Positions 49,359-59,406 of a stretch of 64,000 nt of DNA are shown piece by piece. Source of the DNA: an uncultured Verrucomicrobiae bacterium (lineage in GTDB: Bacteria; Verrucomicrobiota; Verrucomicrobiia; Chthoniobacterales; Terrimicrobiaceae); assembly GCA_963708595.1 (NCBI GenBank), contig CAVPTR010000045.1:6875-70874 (forward strand), given 5' to 3'. The notes under the pieces were generated by a model, which worked only from the letters and a program-made list of their open reading frames with translations, was not told the origin of the DNA and made no database searches. How positions within the stretch are numbered: position 1 is the first letter of the stretch; every line of letters begins with the position of its first letter. The position numbers and the translations under genes are program-made.

Positions 49359-51599
49359 TCGCCCAAATAGAGACGCAGGCGCAAAGTCGCAGCTTGCTTG
49401 GAAGCGGTCAGAAGTTCCTTACCAGCCATCTCGAAACGGTCGGCCAATCCAAGGAGACGGATTGAATCCTCGACAGGCAGCTTGTTCGCAAGAATCCATG
49501 AACGCAGACTTTCGACCCATTGATGCATTTGCGCGAGGGCGTCCTCAAGCGTGGTCTTGGATGGAACCGAAACCTCGCGCAGCTGGAAAAGATCGGTTTG
49601 TGAGGACAATTCGGAATTCATGATCTCCCGAAGCGAGTGCAATGCCTTACGCCCCTGCTCGGCCTGCTGACCTGTGAGCAGAGGAATCAGTTGGCCGGTG
49701 GACATCAGGAGGTGCCCTGCCGCGCGTCGCAGGGTCTGGAGGTATTCTCGAAGACGCCGTGGTTCGTCAGGTGGACAATCCGGCTTGTCCATCACAGCAA
49801 TCCAGTTCAGTGCTTCCCCCGGGAGGAGGGCCAGGCGTTGATGAAGCCAGAGGGGGCGCTGGTCGGGAGGAAACTGCAGGATCACCCTGCAGAGGCGAAG
49901 AAGTTCAAGAACGCGATCGCGAATTTCCCACTGGGGAAGCACGGGCCACAGCAACCTCTGAACGAGAGCGGACAAGGTCAACCCAAGGACGATGCCAAAA
50001 TAAACACCCATGATGGATTGGAAAGTCACGGGCTGCTGGGCATTCAATCCCATGGCGCCGACCGTCGCAAGCAGCGTAAATTGCATGCCATACGTGACCC
50101 CGGGAATCGCCTGCGTAAGGTATCCGAACAGAAACAAAACTACGAAGAGCAGCATGTTGAAGATGAGATAGTCGGAAAGGGCCGGCGTCAGGAACAACAT
50201 GGCAACGACGTAGAGGATCCCACCGGAGGCTGTATAAACGACGCAATGAAACGCGCGACGATCGCCTTGGCCTCCCGGATACAATCGGGAGAGAACCGTG
50301 AAAACCCAGGTGGCCAGGACAATCATCGACCCGCCGGGCGGTTTCAGCCAATTTTGAACGAACAATCCCAGCGTGACCGCGATACACGCTTTCACACCGT
50401 TGCGAATCCAGAATGGATCGAGCGGCGGGGAGGGTGGAGAAACCGCCTCGCGGGACGGTTCCAGGGGATTCGAAGGAAGCGAGCCAAGCAGCCCATTGAG
50501 CTTGCCAAGCTGCTCGGCAACCTCGTCAATGGATAGGGCGTGTCCGGCAAACTGAAGCACTTGCTCGACTGGAATGGAAGCCGAAACATTAGTCTGGCGA
50601 AGAGTTTGGAGCTTTTCCCGACACTGTGCGCAACGCGCGTTCGTCTCCGACAGCGCGCAGGCGCGGCGAGAGAAGTCCGCATCGGGATCGGCGAATACAC
50701 CCAAACACTCGGCTGCTGCGTCATGTGCCGCTTCGAGGTCTGCGCGAAGGTACCGGCGGAAGGCGGCTTCCTGCGGCAGAGTCTGAACAAGCGTCTCGAT
50801 CGCGGCGGAGATTCGGTTGAGGCAGGAGATGATTTCCGTGAACGTGGGAAGTCTCGCCCGAAAATATTTGCTCTCCATCGCTCCGAGGTGCAGCAGGTTT
50901 TGCAGTCCCGCAATGACAGTGGCGAAGCTCCTATCGTTCAATGCTTTCAGTTGATTCCCTAAAGAGCAAAGCCGAGCGAGCCGCCAGGCCTTTTCGCAGT
51001 TCGCCCAAGGCCACGCGCATCTTTTCCAAGAATTCCTTGCGTGCATACCGGGGCCAAATAAGGCTCGTTACAATCACCGCTGAGATCACACCGACGCTGA
51101 CTTCTTCGATTCGCGCGAGGGCCGGCTTCCAGGAGAAACTGGGATCGCTCATGCCGTTGCTTGCGACAACCATCGTGGTCAGCGCGCAGAGCAGGAACGC
51201 GTAGGGATACTTGGTATATCCGAACATGGCTGTTCCGAAACCGACGACACCGCCTATGAGCAACAGATAAAGAATTGGCTGCTGCTCGAAGCGGGCCGTA
51301 AGCAAATATCCGATTACGCCTCCGATCGCCGTTCCAACCAACCGCAGCATAGATTTCTCTCCTACCGCCCCAACGAATTGTGCGAGCATGATCACAAATG
51401 CCGTCATCAAAGCCCACGTTGGCTCGGGCAACCGGAGAAAAAGAGCGATAAATACGGACAGGACGCCCGCGAGACCGAACTTGATGCCGTGGCGAACCGC
51501 GAGGCTGCCGAAGATCTGACCGACGCGCTCTCGCCATGCCCCCAACCCAGCGCGGGGACCGGAAGCTCTTTCACTCATCGTCGCTGGGTCTGCCATCAC
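49346..51599 (-). pseudogene. FUSC-family (AaeB-like) aromatic-acid efflux protein; one frame change near 50955
   Basis: ORF 50931..51599 (HGIKFGLAGVLSVFIALFLRLPEPTWALMTAFVIM...) continues in ORF 49346..51046 (...QLKALNDRSFATVIAGL... plus a second TM bundle). 2254 nt minus 1 gives 751 codons. Confidence 0.75.
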
Positions 51600-51730
51600 G
51601 ATCCGAGTCTGGCCTCGAAAATGGCCATCTTACAAGAAACCTTGCGAAGAATTGCCGATCAGGACAAAGGTATTCAGTTTGCATGGCGGCTTGCCTCGAC
51701 GCCAAAGACATGAAAAGACCCTTCTGTCGG

Positions 51731-51952
51731 ATGGACCTCTTCACGCTGCTGAAAACTCCCGAATTGCGGTTCGGTGATTTCCTTATGCCGTGGGGCATGG
51801 TCATCGGCGCGTTGGGATTTCTTGGAGCGTGGATCGCGGTTGGAGCGATGGAGCGGCTCGGATGGACGCGGGGAATTTGGCATCTCCCGCTGTTCTTTGT
51901 CGCGTTGGCCATTTTTCTCGGATGCGTCGTCGGTTTGATTTTCGCGCCGTGA
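51731..51952 (+). CDS. DUF1656 small membrane protein (AaeX-like)
   Basis: MDLFTLLKTPELRFGDFLMPWGMVIGALGFLGAWIAV...LFFVALAIFLGCVVGLIF has two TM segments. It lies directly upstream of the HlyD-family gene, with an overlapping GTGA. Confidence 0.65.
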   Translation: MDLFTLLKTPELRFGDFLMPWGMVIGALGFLGAWIAVGAMERLGWTRGIWHLPLFFVALAIFLGCVVGLIFAP

Positions 51953-52806
51953 AGATCTCGCGCCCCCATCTCGTTACCTTCGCAATGGTAAGCCTTGCGG
52001 TGGTTGCCACCTTCATCCTCTACTGGCGATACTCCACAAAGCCATGGACGCGCGACGGTCAGGTGAGAGCAAATGTTGTCGGGATTGCTCCGCGTGTGGC
52101 CGGGCCAATTATTCAGATTCCGATCAAGGACAACCAGGCGGTCCGGAAGGGAGATCTTCTCTTCGAAATCGATCCAGCGACCTTTCAAGCCGAAGTCAAT
52201 AACGCGGCTGCAAGGCTAAGGCAGGCGCAGGCGGCGGAGATCCAGACGCAGCAGGAACTCGCTCGCCAGACGTCGCTCTACGAAACGAAGACCAATGACC
52301 TTCGTGACGTACAGAATGCGCAAGACAGCTACGCAGCGGCTGTTGCCGATACCGCGGCCGCGCAAGCGAACTTGGAAACGGCCAGCCTTAATCTTGGCTA
52401 CACCAAAGTCTTTGCTCCCGTGGACGGTTACCTCACGAACGTCAACACCAGCCCGGGAACCTATGTCAACGAAGGCGAGCAGCTCCTTGCTTTGGTCGAT
52501 TCGAGTTCTTTTTGGATTGCCGCCTATTTCAAGGAAACGCAGCTTAAGCACATTCGCGACGGAGCCAGCGCGAAGATCACGTTGATGGGTCATGACTTTG
52601 ATCCATTTGACGGCGAGGTCATCAGCGTAGGGTGGGGCATCTTCTTGCAGGACGGTTCGACTGTTGATTTGTTGCCCGTCGTCAGCCAAACGATCGACTG
52701 GGTGCGGCTTCCCAACCGGTTTCCAGTCCGCATTCGTGTGACCGGCACTCCTCCCGTGCCATTGCGCATCGGGCAAACCGTCTCGGTCGCCGTTCAGGAA
52801 GGATAA
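51949..52806 (+). CDS. HlyD-family efflux adaptor (AaeA-like)
   Basis: A TM anchor, then ...RDGQVRANVVGIAPRVAGPIIQIPIKDNQAVRKGDLLFEIDP...LGYTKVFAPVDGYLTNV... GTG start overlapping the preceding stop. Confidence 0.8.
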   Translation: MKISRPHLVTFAMVSLAVVATFILYWRYSTKPWTRDGQVRANVVGIAPRVAGPIIQIPIKDNQAVRKGDLLFEIDPATFQAEVNNAAARLRQAQAAEIQTQQELARQTSLYETKTNDLRDVQNAQDSYAAAVADTAAAQANLETASLNLGYTKVFAPVDGYLTNVNTSPGTYVNEGEQLLALVDSSSFWIAAYFKETQLKHIRDGASAKITLMGHDFDPFDGEVISVGWGIFLQDGSTVDLLPVVSQTIDWVRLPNRFPVRIRVTGTPPVPLRIGQTVSVAVQEG

Positions 52807-53169
52807 ATGCAGCGCACCTTAGAATTTTCCGAATCCGGCGGGCTGGTCATCGTAGTTCGATGCCGCAAATTCCCATTTGAATCCGTCAGCGGATAGTCTA
52901 CACTCCGCGCCCGGTGACCTACGAGGAAGAAAAACAAGTCGCGATGAGGCCTCCTCTGTTCTTGCTTTTTGCTTTGCTTGGCTTAGCCGGCGCGCTGGCG
53001 TCCGACCTAGACTTTGCTCTGTCGCAGGCGTCGACCGAGTCACGCTGCAGAGAATGACGGTAGGATCGACGCCGTAGTCGAGCAACTACCCATTCTCCAG
53101 AAACGACGCTTCAAGCTGTTCGTCCTTTGTCGCTTGCTAATTGACAGGATGTAAGCCAGCGTCGCGCGC

Positions 53170-54669
53170 ATGGCCTCGCCCCATATGCCTTCCCCTGGCG
53201 CCCGCGGGGCTTCGTCGCAAACTTTTCGACGCCCTCAACCCATCGTCTATTTCATCGGGCTCACCGCGGCTCTCGCAGGTTTGCTCTTCGGATTGGATGT
53301 CGGCGTGATATCAGGTGCGGAGGGATTCATTCAAAAGGATTTCCAGGCTTCCGACGACGCAATCCAGTTTATTGTTAGCGCGCTTCTTTGGGGAGCGGCT
53401 TTTGGCGCTTTGTTCAGCGGCGTCCTGTCCAGCCGTTTTGGCCGCCGCAAGACGATTCTAATCAGCGCGATCAACTTTATCATAGGCGCTTTGCTATGCG
53501 CTTTCGCCCCCAATGAGCATCTGCTTATTGGCGCGCGCTTTATGCTTGGCATTGCTGTGGGCGTCGCATCCTTCACGGCACCGCTTTATCTGTCGGAAGT
53601 CGCACCGCAGTCGGTCCGCGGTTCGCTCATCTCGATGTATCAATTGATGATCACGATCGGTATTGTTATTGCCTTTCTAAGCAATACCTTTCTGGCGACG
53701 TATGCCACTATTGGTGGCGTAACCGGCGGCCATTGGCGGGTCATGCTTGGCGTCATCGCCATCCCGGCGGCCATAATGTTCATCGGTGTTTGTTTTTTGC
53801 CGGAGAGCCCTCGCTGGCTGTTCCTCAAAGGTTTCCGCGAGCGGGCAATCGAAGTCTTTAGGCTTATGAAGCTCGATGAGACGGAAATCGCAAGCGAGGT
53901 TCAGGAGATCGAAGAGAGCGTGAAGATAAAGCAGAACGGTTTCGAGCTCTTCAAAACGAACCGCAACTTTCGCCGTGCAATCGCCCTCGGAGTCGGGTTG
54001 CAGATTATACAACAGCTCACCGGAATTAACGTCATCATGTATTATGCACCGCGCATTTTCGGGATGGCGGGGTTTGAGAACACCAATGAACAATTGTGGG
54101 GCACGGTAATCGTCGGTGTGACGAACGTGCTGGCCACTTTCATCGCAATTGGCTTTGTAGATAGGTTGGGCCGTAAACCGATCATGTATGCAGGTTTCGT
54201 GACCATGGGAGCGGCCCTGCTCACGGTGGGCGCTCTCTTCCTGATCGGAGGAGAAACTCAGATGATGCCTAACGTAAGGGGTGTCATGGAGGCAGTCACA
54301 ATCCTCAGGAGCTCTGATTTTGCCTATCCGGCCGTTTTCGCTTTGCTTGTCTTTATCATCGGCTTTGCAATGAGCGCAGGCCCCATCATTTGGGTGCTTT
54401 GCTCAGAGATTTATCCGCTTTCCGGTCGCGACCTTGGGGTAACCTGCAGCACGGGTACGAACTGGATTGTCAATGCCATCGTCGGCATGACCTTTCTCAC
54501 TTTGATCAATACCTTTGGACCGGGTAACACCTTTCTGCTGTACGGCGGCATGAACGTGTTGTTCATTATCTTCTTCGTGCTCTTCGTTCCCGAGACAAAG
54601 GGCGTTTCGCTCGAGAAGATCGAGCGAAATCTGATGTCCGGTTTCCCCTTGAGGAAGATCGGCCGTTAG
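53170..54669 (+). CDS. Sugar-porter family MFS transporter (sugar:H+ symporter-like)
   Basis: GLLFGLDVGVISGA, GRRKTILISA, PESPRWL and PETKG are the classic sugar-porter signatures. Twelve TM segments, 499 aa. Confidence 0.88.
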   Translation: MASPHMPSPGARGASSQTFRRPQPIVYFIGLTAALAGLLFGLDVGVISGAEGFIQKDFQASDDAIQFIVSALLWGAAFGALFSGVLSSRFGRRKTILISAINFIIGALLCAFAPNEHLLIGARFMLGIAVGVASFTAPLYLSEVAPQSVRGSLISMYQLMITIGIVIAFLSNTFLATYATIGGVTGGHWRVMLGVIAIPAAIMFIGVCFLPESPRWLFLKGFRERAIEVFRLMKLDETEIASEVQEIEESVKIKQNGFELFKTNRNFRRAIALGVGLQIIQQLTGINVIMYYAPRIFGMAGFENTNEQLWGTVIVGVTNVLATFIAIGFVDRLGRKPIMYAGFVTMGAALLTVGALFLIGGETQMMPNVRGVMEAVTILRSSDFAYPAVFALLVFIIGFAMSAGPIIWVLCSEIYPLSGRDLGVTCSTGTNWIVNAIVGMTFLTLINTFGPGNTFLLYGGMNVLFIIFFVLFVPETKGVSLEKIERNLMSGFPLRKIGR

Positions 54670-54691
54670 CAGCACCGTGACACCCGTGCTG

Positions 54692-54717
54692 AACTTTGTC
54701 ACATATGAGACAAAGTT
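54692..54717. terminator. Hairpin between the convergent MFS and pyrE genes (possible bidirectional terminator)
   Basis: aactttgtc (54692-54700) and gacaaagtt (54709-54717) form a 9-bp perfect stem with an 8-nt loop. The flanking U-tracts are weak. Confidence 0.4.
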
Positions 54718-54826
54718 TGGAGTAGTGAATTAGCGGCGGTGAGAGTTATCCAGCCGCACGCAGCTGACAGGGAGCGCCAGTCGTTGATCGGCTGATCAGC
54801 GGTTCGGAGGCTAAGGTTGAAAGCGA

Positions 54827-55393
54827 CTATTTGCTTCCAGGCTTTATGGCCGGAATATTTGCGAGGTCCGGGGGAAGCTTGTCTGGCTGGAACGTCTCTA
54901 CGTCCATCTGCAGGAGCGAGACGAACGGACACCCAAAATCGGGCAGCGAGCCGCCGCTGCGATCAACGATCGCGCCCGCTGCTTCGACGATCCCTCCATG
55001 GTCGCGGACTATCTGAATTGTTTCCCGCACGCGGCCGCCCCGCGTCACAACGTCTTCCGCAACGAGAAATTTTTCGCCTGGCGCTATGGTAAAGCCACGC
55101 CGGAGCACAAGGCGCCCTGAGCCATCCTTTTCTGCGAAGATATGCCTCTTTTGGAGATGGCGAGCGACTTCCTGACCGACAATGATCCCTCCGACGGCGG
55201 GCGAAATTACCGTCGCGGCGGGGTAGTGTCCGAGCTTTTCCGCAAGCAGGCCGCAGACCCGCGCGGCGACGGTGGCATCCTGCAACAGGAGCGCACATTG
55301 GAAAAACTGGCGACTATGCAGGCCGGAGCGGAGGATGAAATGACCATGCAGAAGGGCTCCGGTTTTGCGGAAAAGATCAACGATCTCGATCAT
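54827..55393 (-). CDS. pyrE: Orotate phosphoribosyltransferase
   Basis: MIEIVDLFRKTGALLHGHFILRSGLHS...FLVAEDVVTRGGRV carries the PRPP-binding motif. The ATG overlaps the rfbB stop (ATGA). Confidence 0.85.
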   Translation of the reverse strand: MIEIVDLFRKTGALLHGHFILRSGLHSRQFFQCALLLQDATVAARVCGLLAEKLGHYPAATVISPAVGGIIVGQEVARHLQKRHIFAEKDGSGRLVLRRGFTIAPGEKFLVAEDVVTRGGRVRETIQIVRDHGGIVEAAGAIVDRSGGSLPDFGCPFVSLLQMDVETFQPDKLPPDLANIPAIKPGSK

Positions 55394-56391
55394 TGGGCTC
55401 CCACAGGCTGCGACAGGAGGCGCTCCCACCAATCACGATGCTCAAGATACCACTGGACGGTCTCGCGGATACCCTCGCGCGGAGTGTGCAGAGGCTCCCA
55501 GCCAAGCTCGGATCGGATTTTCGCCGATTCGATCGCGTAGCGCCGGTCGTGTCCAAGCCGGTCTATGACGTAGCTGATCAGGTCGTGCGGCTTGCCAAGC
55601 GTCTCAAGGATCAATTCGACGACGGCAATATTCTCCATCTCGGCATCTGCGCCGATGTTATAGACCTCGCCTGCCCGCCCTTCGAGAAGGACGGCCATGA
55701 CAGCGCGGCAATGATCCTCCACATGAATCCAGTCCCGCACGTTCAACCCGTCCCCATAAACGGGCAACTTCTTGTCCGCCAGCGCGTTCGTGATCATCAG
55801 CGGTATCAGCTTCTCCGGGAACTGAAACGGTCCGTAGTTATTCGAGCATCTGGTAATGACGACCTCTTGACCGAACGTCCTGTGGGCCGCGAGCGCTAGC
55901 AGATCCGCGGACGCTTTGCTCGCCGAATACGGCGAACTCGGGTCGAGTGGAGAGGTTTCCGTGAAGCGTCCGATTGGCCCCAGCGAGCCATAAACCTCGT
56001 CCGTCGAGACCTGCAAAAATCGCTTCACGCCGTGCTTGCGCGCGGTCTCGAGAAGCACCTCCGTGCCGCCGACGTTCGTGTGGATGAAATTGCCCGGCTC
56101 GGAAATGCTGCGATCCACATGCGACTCCGCCGCGAAGTTCACAACCGCGTAAAATTTGTGCTTGGCCAGGATAGTATCCACGGCGTCGCGGTCGGCGATG
56201 TCGGATTGGAAGAACTCATAGCGTTCGCCGTAACGTTCCGGAAGGCCGGCCAGGTTTTCCGGATTTCCGGCGTAGGTGAGCACATCGACATTCGTGACGA
56301 ATTCCTGTTGGTAATGCTCCAGCACGAAGCGCACAAAATTGCTGCCGATGAACCCGCAGCCTCCAGTGATGAGAAGACGCATCCGCAGCAT
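55390..56391 (-). CDS. rfbB: dTDP-glucose 4,6-dehydratase
   Basis: LLITGGCGFIGSNFV...VNFAAESHVDRS...STDEVYG...PYSASKA...RCSNNYGPFQFPEKLIP is a canonical RmlB. Confidence 0.92.
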   Translation of the reverse strand: MLRMRLLITGGCGFIGSNFVRFVLEHYQQEFVTNVDVLTYAGNPENLAGLPERYGERYEFFQSDIADRDAVDTILAKHKFYAVVNFAAESHVDRSISEPGNFIHTNVGGTEVLLETARKHGVKRFLQVSTDEVYGSLGPIGRFTETSPLDPSSPYSASKASADLLALAAHRTFGQEVVITRCSNNYGPFQFPEKLIPLMITNALADKKLPVYGDGLNVRDWIHVEDHCRAVMAVLLEGRAGEVYNIGADAEMENIAVVELILETLGKPHDLISYVIDRLGHDRRYAIESAKIRSELGWEPLHTPREGIRETVQWYLEHRDWWERLLSQPVGAQ

Positions 56392-56486
56392 GTAACATAC
56401 CCGAAATCACCCCCGCAATGCGGAAAACCCCAATGCTAGCGCTGCCCGTTCTTCTGACGGAATGCATAGTTTATGCAGCTTGCCGA

Positions 56487-57314
56487 TCAATTCCCGTCTG
56501 TTTGAACCGCAGCTTCGCTAGTTCCGGCGTTGATAAAGGAAAGTCCTTTCCTCTGCCGATCCAGGAACTCAATGGCCAGCGCGCGATAGGCTGCCGCGCC
56601 GGAACCGGAGGGGTCATGCTCAAGGATGGTCCGGCCGTGACTGGGGGCTTCACCGAAGCGGATCGTTCGCGGAATCACCGTCTCGAAGACAACTTCCTGG
56701 AAGTGATTTCGCACCTCCCTGACCACTGCAGGATTGAGGTTGGTGCGGCTATCGAACATCGTCATGAGCAGACCGCAAATTGAGAGCCCCGGATTCGCTC
56801 CGCAAGCGCGGATCTGATCGGTCACCTGCATCAGTAACCCGAGACCCTCCAGCGCATAGTATTCGCACTGTATCGGGATGAGAACTTCATCGGCCGCCGC
56901 CAAGGCGTTGGACATCAGAATTCCTAACGAGGGAGGGCAATCGAGAAACATGAACTCGAATTCGCTTTGCACTCTGAGAGGGTCGAGAACGCGGCGAAGC
57001 TGAAGCATGTGTTCGTCCATTCGGGCCACCTCCACCTCCGCGCCGGCCATATCGAGATTGGCAGGAATTGCGAAAAGATTTGGAAAGCGCGTGGAAACGA
57101 CAAGTTCCTGCACGGGACGCGCTCCGACCATGGCCTGATAGAGGCTCTGTGCACCAAACTCGCTCAAGGCAAGTGCGCTGGTGGCGTTGCCCTGCGGATC
57201 GAGATCGGCCAGGAGAACACGTGTGCCACATTCGGACAGCGCGGCGGAGAGGTTCAGGGAGGTCGTGGTTTTACCCACACCGCCCTTCTGGTTGGCGACG
57301 GCAATGATTTTCAC
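56487..57314 (-). CDS. ParA/Soj-family ATPase (no adjacent parB)
   Basis: MKIIAVANQKGGVGKTTTSLNLSAAL...LLADLDPQGNATS is the deviant Walker A. The start overlaps the upstream amidase stop. Confidence 0.85.
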   Translation of the reverse strand: MKIIAVANQKGGVGKTTTSLNLSAALSECGTRVLLADLDPQGNATSALALSEFGAQSLYQAMVGARPVQELVVSTRFPNLFAIPANLDMAGAEVEVARMDEHMLQLRRVLDPLRVQSEFEFMFLDCPPSLGILMSNALAAADEVLIPIQCEYYALEGLGLLMQVTDQIRACGANPGLSICGLLMTMFDSRTNLNPAVVREVRNHFQEVVFETVIPRTIRFGEAPSHGRTILEHDPSGSGAAAYRALAIEFLDRQRKGLSFINAGTSEAAVQTDGN

Positions 57315-58525
57315 AGGGCACGCCTTGAATAATACGCTACGACGCCGTCTGCAACCGCATCGGCATACTCGCGATAGATGCTCTTGCGCAAGACTCCGCC
57401 GAAGTTGCGCCGTCCCTCGTAATCCCCCGCCTGAATGCGGGCGAATACAAGACGGCTGTTCATTACATAAGGCTCAATATAGATGACGGGGCAAACAAAA
57501 AGCCGGTTGGCGAGGAGATTGCGTGCCCAGACAAAGGGGTTGCCGTTAACCCGGATTGCTGTGCCGCTACGATAAAAATACGGTGGCAGGCCGGTGGCTG
57601 CGGCCATCTTCCGGGAGATGAGATTTGTCAGGGCGAGTTCTTCGAGCAACGATCGGTTGAGAAGCTTGACGAGCATGTCATAGCGCTGATCCTCGTAGGC
57701 AAGTTCCTGTTCGCTTAGGGCGCCAGCGATCAGGAAATGAAGATGATTTTGATCGACGAGCTGCGGGTTTGTCGCCTCGCCCCATGGCTCGGCATTGAAA
57801 TGAAGGCAAATTACGAGATCGGGTCGAATGATTTCATTGATTCGCTTTGCGCGCCGGCGGATTTCTGCCACTCGATAAAAAAGCCGCTCGCTTTCCTTCC
57901 GAAGACTCTCTTCGTCAGCGGAAGTACCCTTGTCGAAAAGCGACGCGATCGCGGCATTCCCTAGTTGACCTGGAGTAAGGGAAGTGGACGGGACCGGTTT
58001 TCCGCGGGTCAAGAAAACCTGCGCGCCAAGGCCTTCCAGCCGCGGAGCCAAAATCTCTGCCACAGCAAGGGTCATGTCCCCTTCGGTAACAGGTGGGGAG
58101 TCGTCGATTTGAAACCAGCGCTCTTCCATTCTCGCCCAATAGCCGCCGATATGGCCCGGATCGAGCGCGATCCTCAGACCGGTGAGCGGCTTGCCAGGCT
58201 CTTCGGCGGGAAGCTGGACTCGCCTGCGCCAGTACCTCGGGATCGATTTCGCCGCGTCGCGGGATGGCGCGAAACGCAAGAGAAACGGAGACTCATCGGG
58301 CCGTGTCGCGATGACAGCCATATCATCCTGCACAACAATTGTTTCTTTCCATACGCCGGCGGGAGCATAAACTTTGTCGAGCAGTGACACAAAGTCCTGG
58401 CGCGTAATGGTCTCCTGAAAGGCGTCCAGCTTCGACCAATCCGGCTGTGGAGCCAGAGGAGTGAGGGCTGCGTTTAGTGACGCTGCGAAGAGCAGAAACG
58501 CGACGGTGGCTTGGGCGGCTTTCAA
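57311..58525 (-). CDS. N-acetylmuramoyl-L-alanine amidase (Amidase_3-like) with signal peptide
   Basis: MKAAQATVAFLLFAASLNA is the signal peptide. ...RIALDPGHIGG...LVICLHFNAE... is amidase_3-like. Confidence 0.7.
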   Translation of the reverse strand: MKAAQATVAFLLFAASLNAALTPLAPQPDWSKLDAFQETITRQDFVSLLDKVYAPAGVWKETIVVQDDMAVIATRPDESPFLLRFAPSRDAAKSIPRYWRRRVQLPAEEPGKPLTGLRIALDPGHIGGYWARMEERWFQIDDSPPVTEGDMTLAVAEILAPRLEGLGAQVFLTRGKPVPSTSLTPGQLGNAAIASLFDKGTSADEESLRKESERLFYRVAEIRRRAKRINEIIRPDLVICLHFNAEPWGEATNPQLVDQNHLHFLIAGALSEQELAYEDQRYDMLVKLLNRSLLEELALTNLISRKMAAATGLPPYFYRSGTAIRVNGNPFVWARNLLANRLFVCPVIYIEPYVMNSRLVFARIQAGDYEGRRNFGGVLRKSIYREYADAVADGVVAYYSRRAL

Positions 58526-58579
58526 GGTTCGGGAATTTTTACACTGTGCACCGTGGAAATTTCGATAAAAACGAACAAA

Positions 58580-59371
58580 ATGATTCGCATTCTATTCCTG
58601 GGCGACATCGTCGGCGAGCCCGGACGCAACGCCGTCTTGAAATCCGTTCCCGTGTTTCTCAAAGAGCGCGGCGTGGATTTCGTCATCGTGAACGGCGAAA
58701 ATGCCGCGGGCGGTCGTGGAATCACCGGGAAGATCGCCATTGACCTTCTTCGAAGCGGTGTGGCGGTCATTACAACAGGCGATCACGTTTGGGATCAAAG
58801 GGAAACCGCCTCATACATTTCCACAGAGCCGCGTTTACTGCGTCCGATCAATTATCCCGACGGCGCGCCAGGGCAGGGGAGCCTCGTTCTGGAAACAGCC
58901 AAGGGGAAAGTGGCCGTCCTCAATGTCCAGGGCCGCACCTTTATGCAACCCCTTCTCGACAATCCCTTCCCTGCCGCTATGGCCGAAGTCGAACGTCTGC
59001 GAGAGGAAACACCGGTTATCATCGTGGACATGCATGCCGAAACGACCAGCGAAAAAATTGCAATGGGCCGATTCCTCGATGGCAAGGTCTCCGCAGTCTT
59101 CGGTACCCATACCCATGTGCAAACAGCCGATGAGCGCATTTTCCCGGGCGGAACGGCATTTATTTGCGATGTCGGAATGTGCGGGCCGGAAGACTCCTGC
59201 CTCGGCCGCGACCATCAGCCGATAATCAAGCGCTTCATAGACGGCCTCCCAGGACACTTCCCAGTTGCCGCGGGCCCGGTGCGCCTCTGTGGCGCGATCG
59301 TAGAAGTCGAGGAGGCCAGCGGAAAAGCACTTCGCCTGTGGAGGCTCAGCGAGACATTCGTCGAAAGTTAG
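58580..59371 (+). CDS. YmdB-like metallophosphoesterase (TIGR00282 family)
   Basis: MIRILFLGDIVGEPGR...FVIVNGENAAGGRGIT...DMHAETTSEK...GTHTHVQTADERI. Confidence 0.85.
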   Translation: MIRILFLGDIVGEPGRNAVLKSVPVFLKERGVDFVIVNGENAAGGRGITGKIAIDLLRSGVAVITTGDHVWDQRETASYISTEPRLLRPINYPDGAPGQGSLVLETAKGKVAVLNVQGRTFMQPLLDNPFPAAMAEVERLREETPVIIVDMHAETTSEKIAMGRFLDGKVSAVFGTHTHVQTADERIFPGGTAFICDVGMCGPEDSCLGRDHQPIIKRFIDGLPGHFPVAAGPVRLCGAIVEVEEASGKALRLWRLSETFVES

Positions 59372-59386
59372 CGAGAAAAACCAAAA

Positions 59387-59406
59387 CCCCGGCGTTGCGG
59401 CCGGGG
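59387..59406 (+). terminator. GC-rich hairpin 16 nt after the ymdB-like stop
   Basis: ccccggc-gttgcg-gccgggg (7-bp stem). It is followed only by cttata, so the U-tract is weak. Confidence 0.4.
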
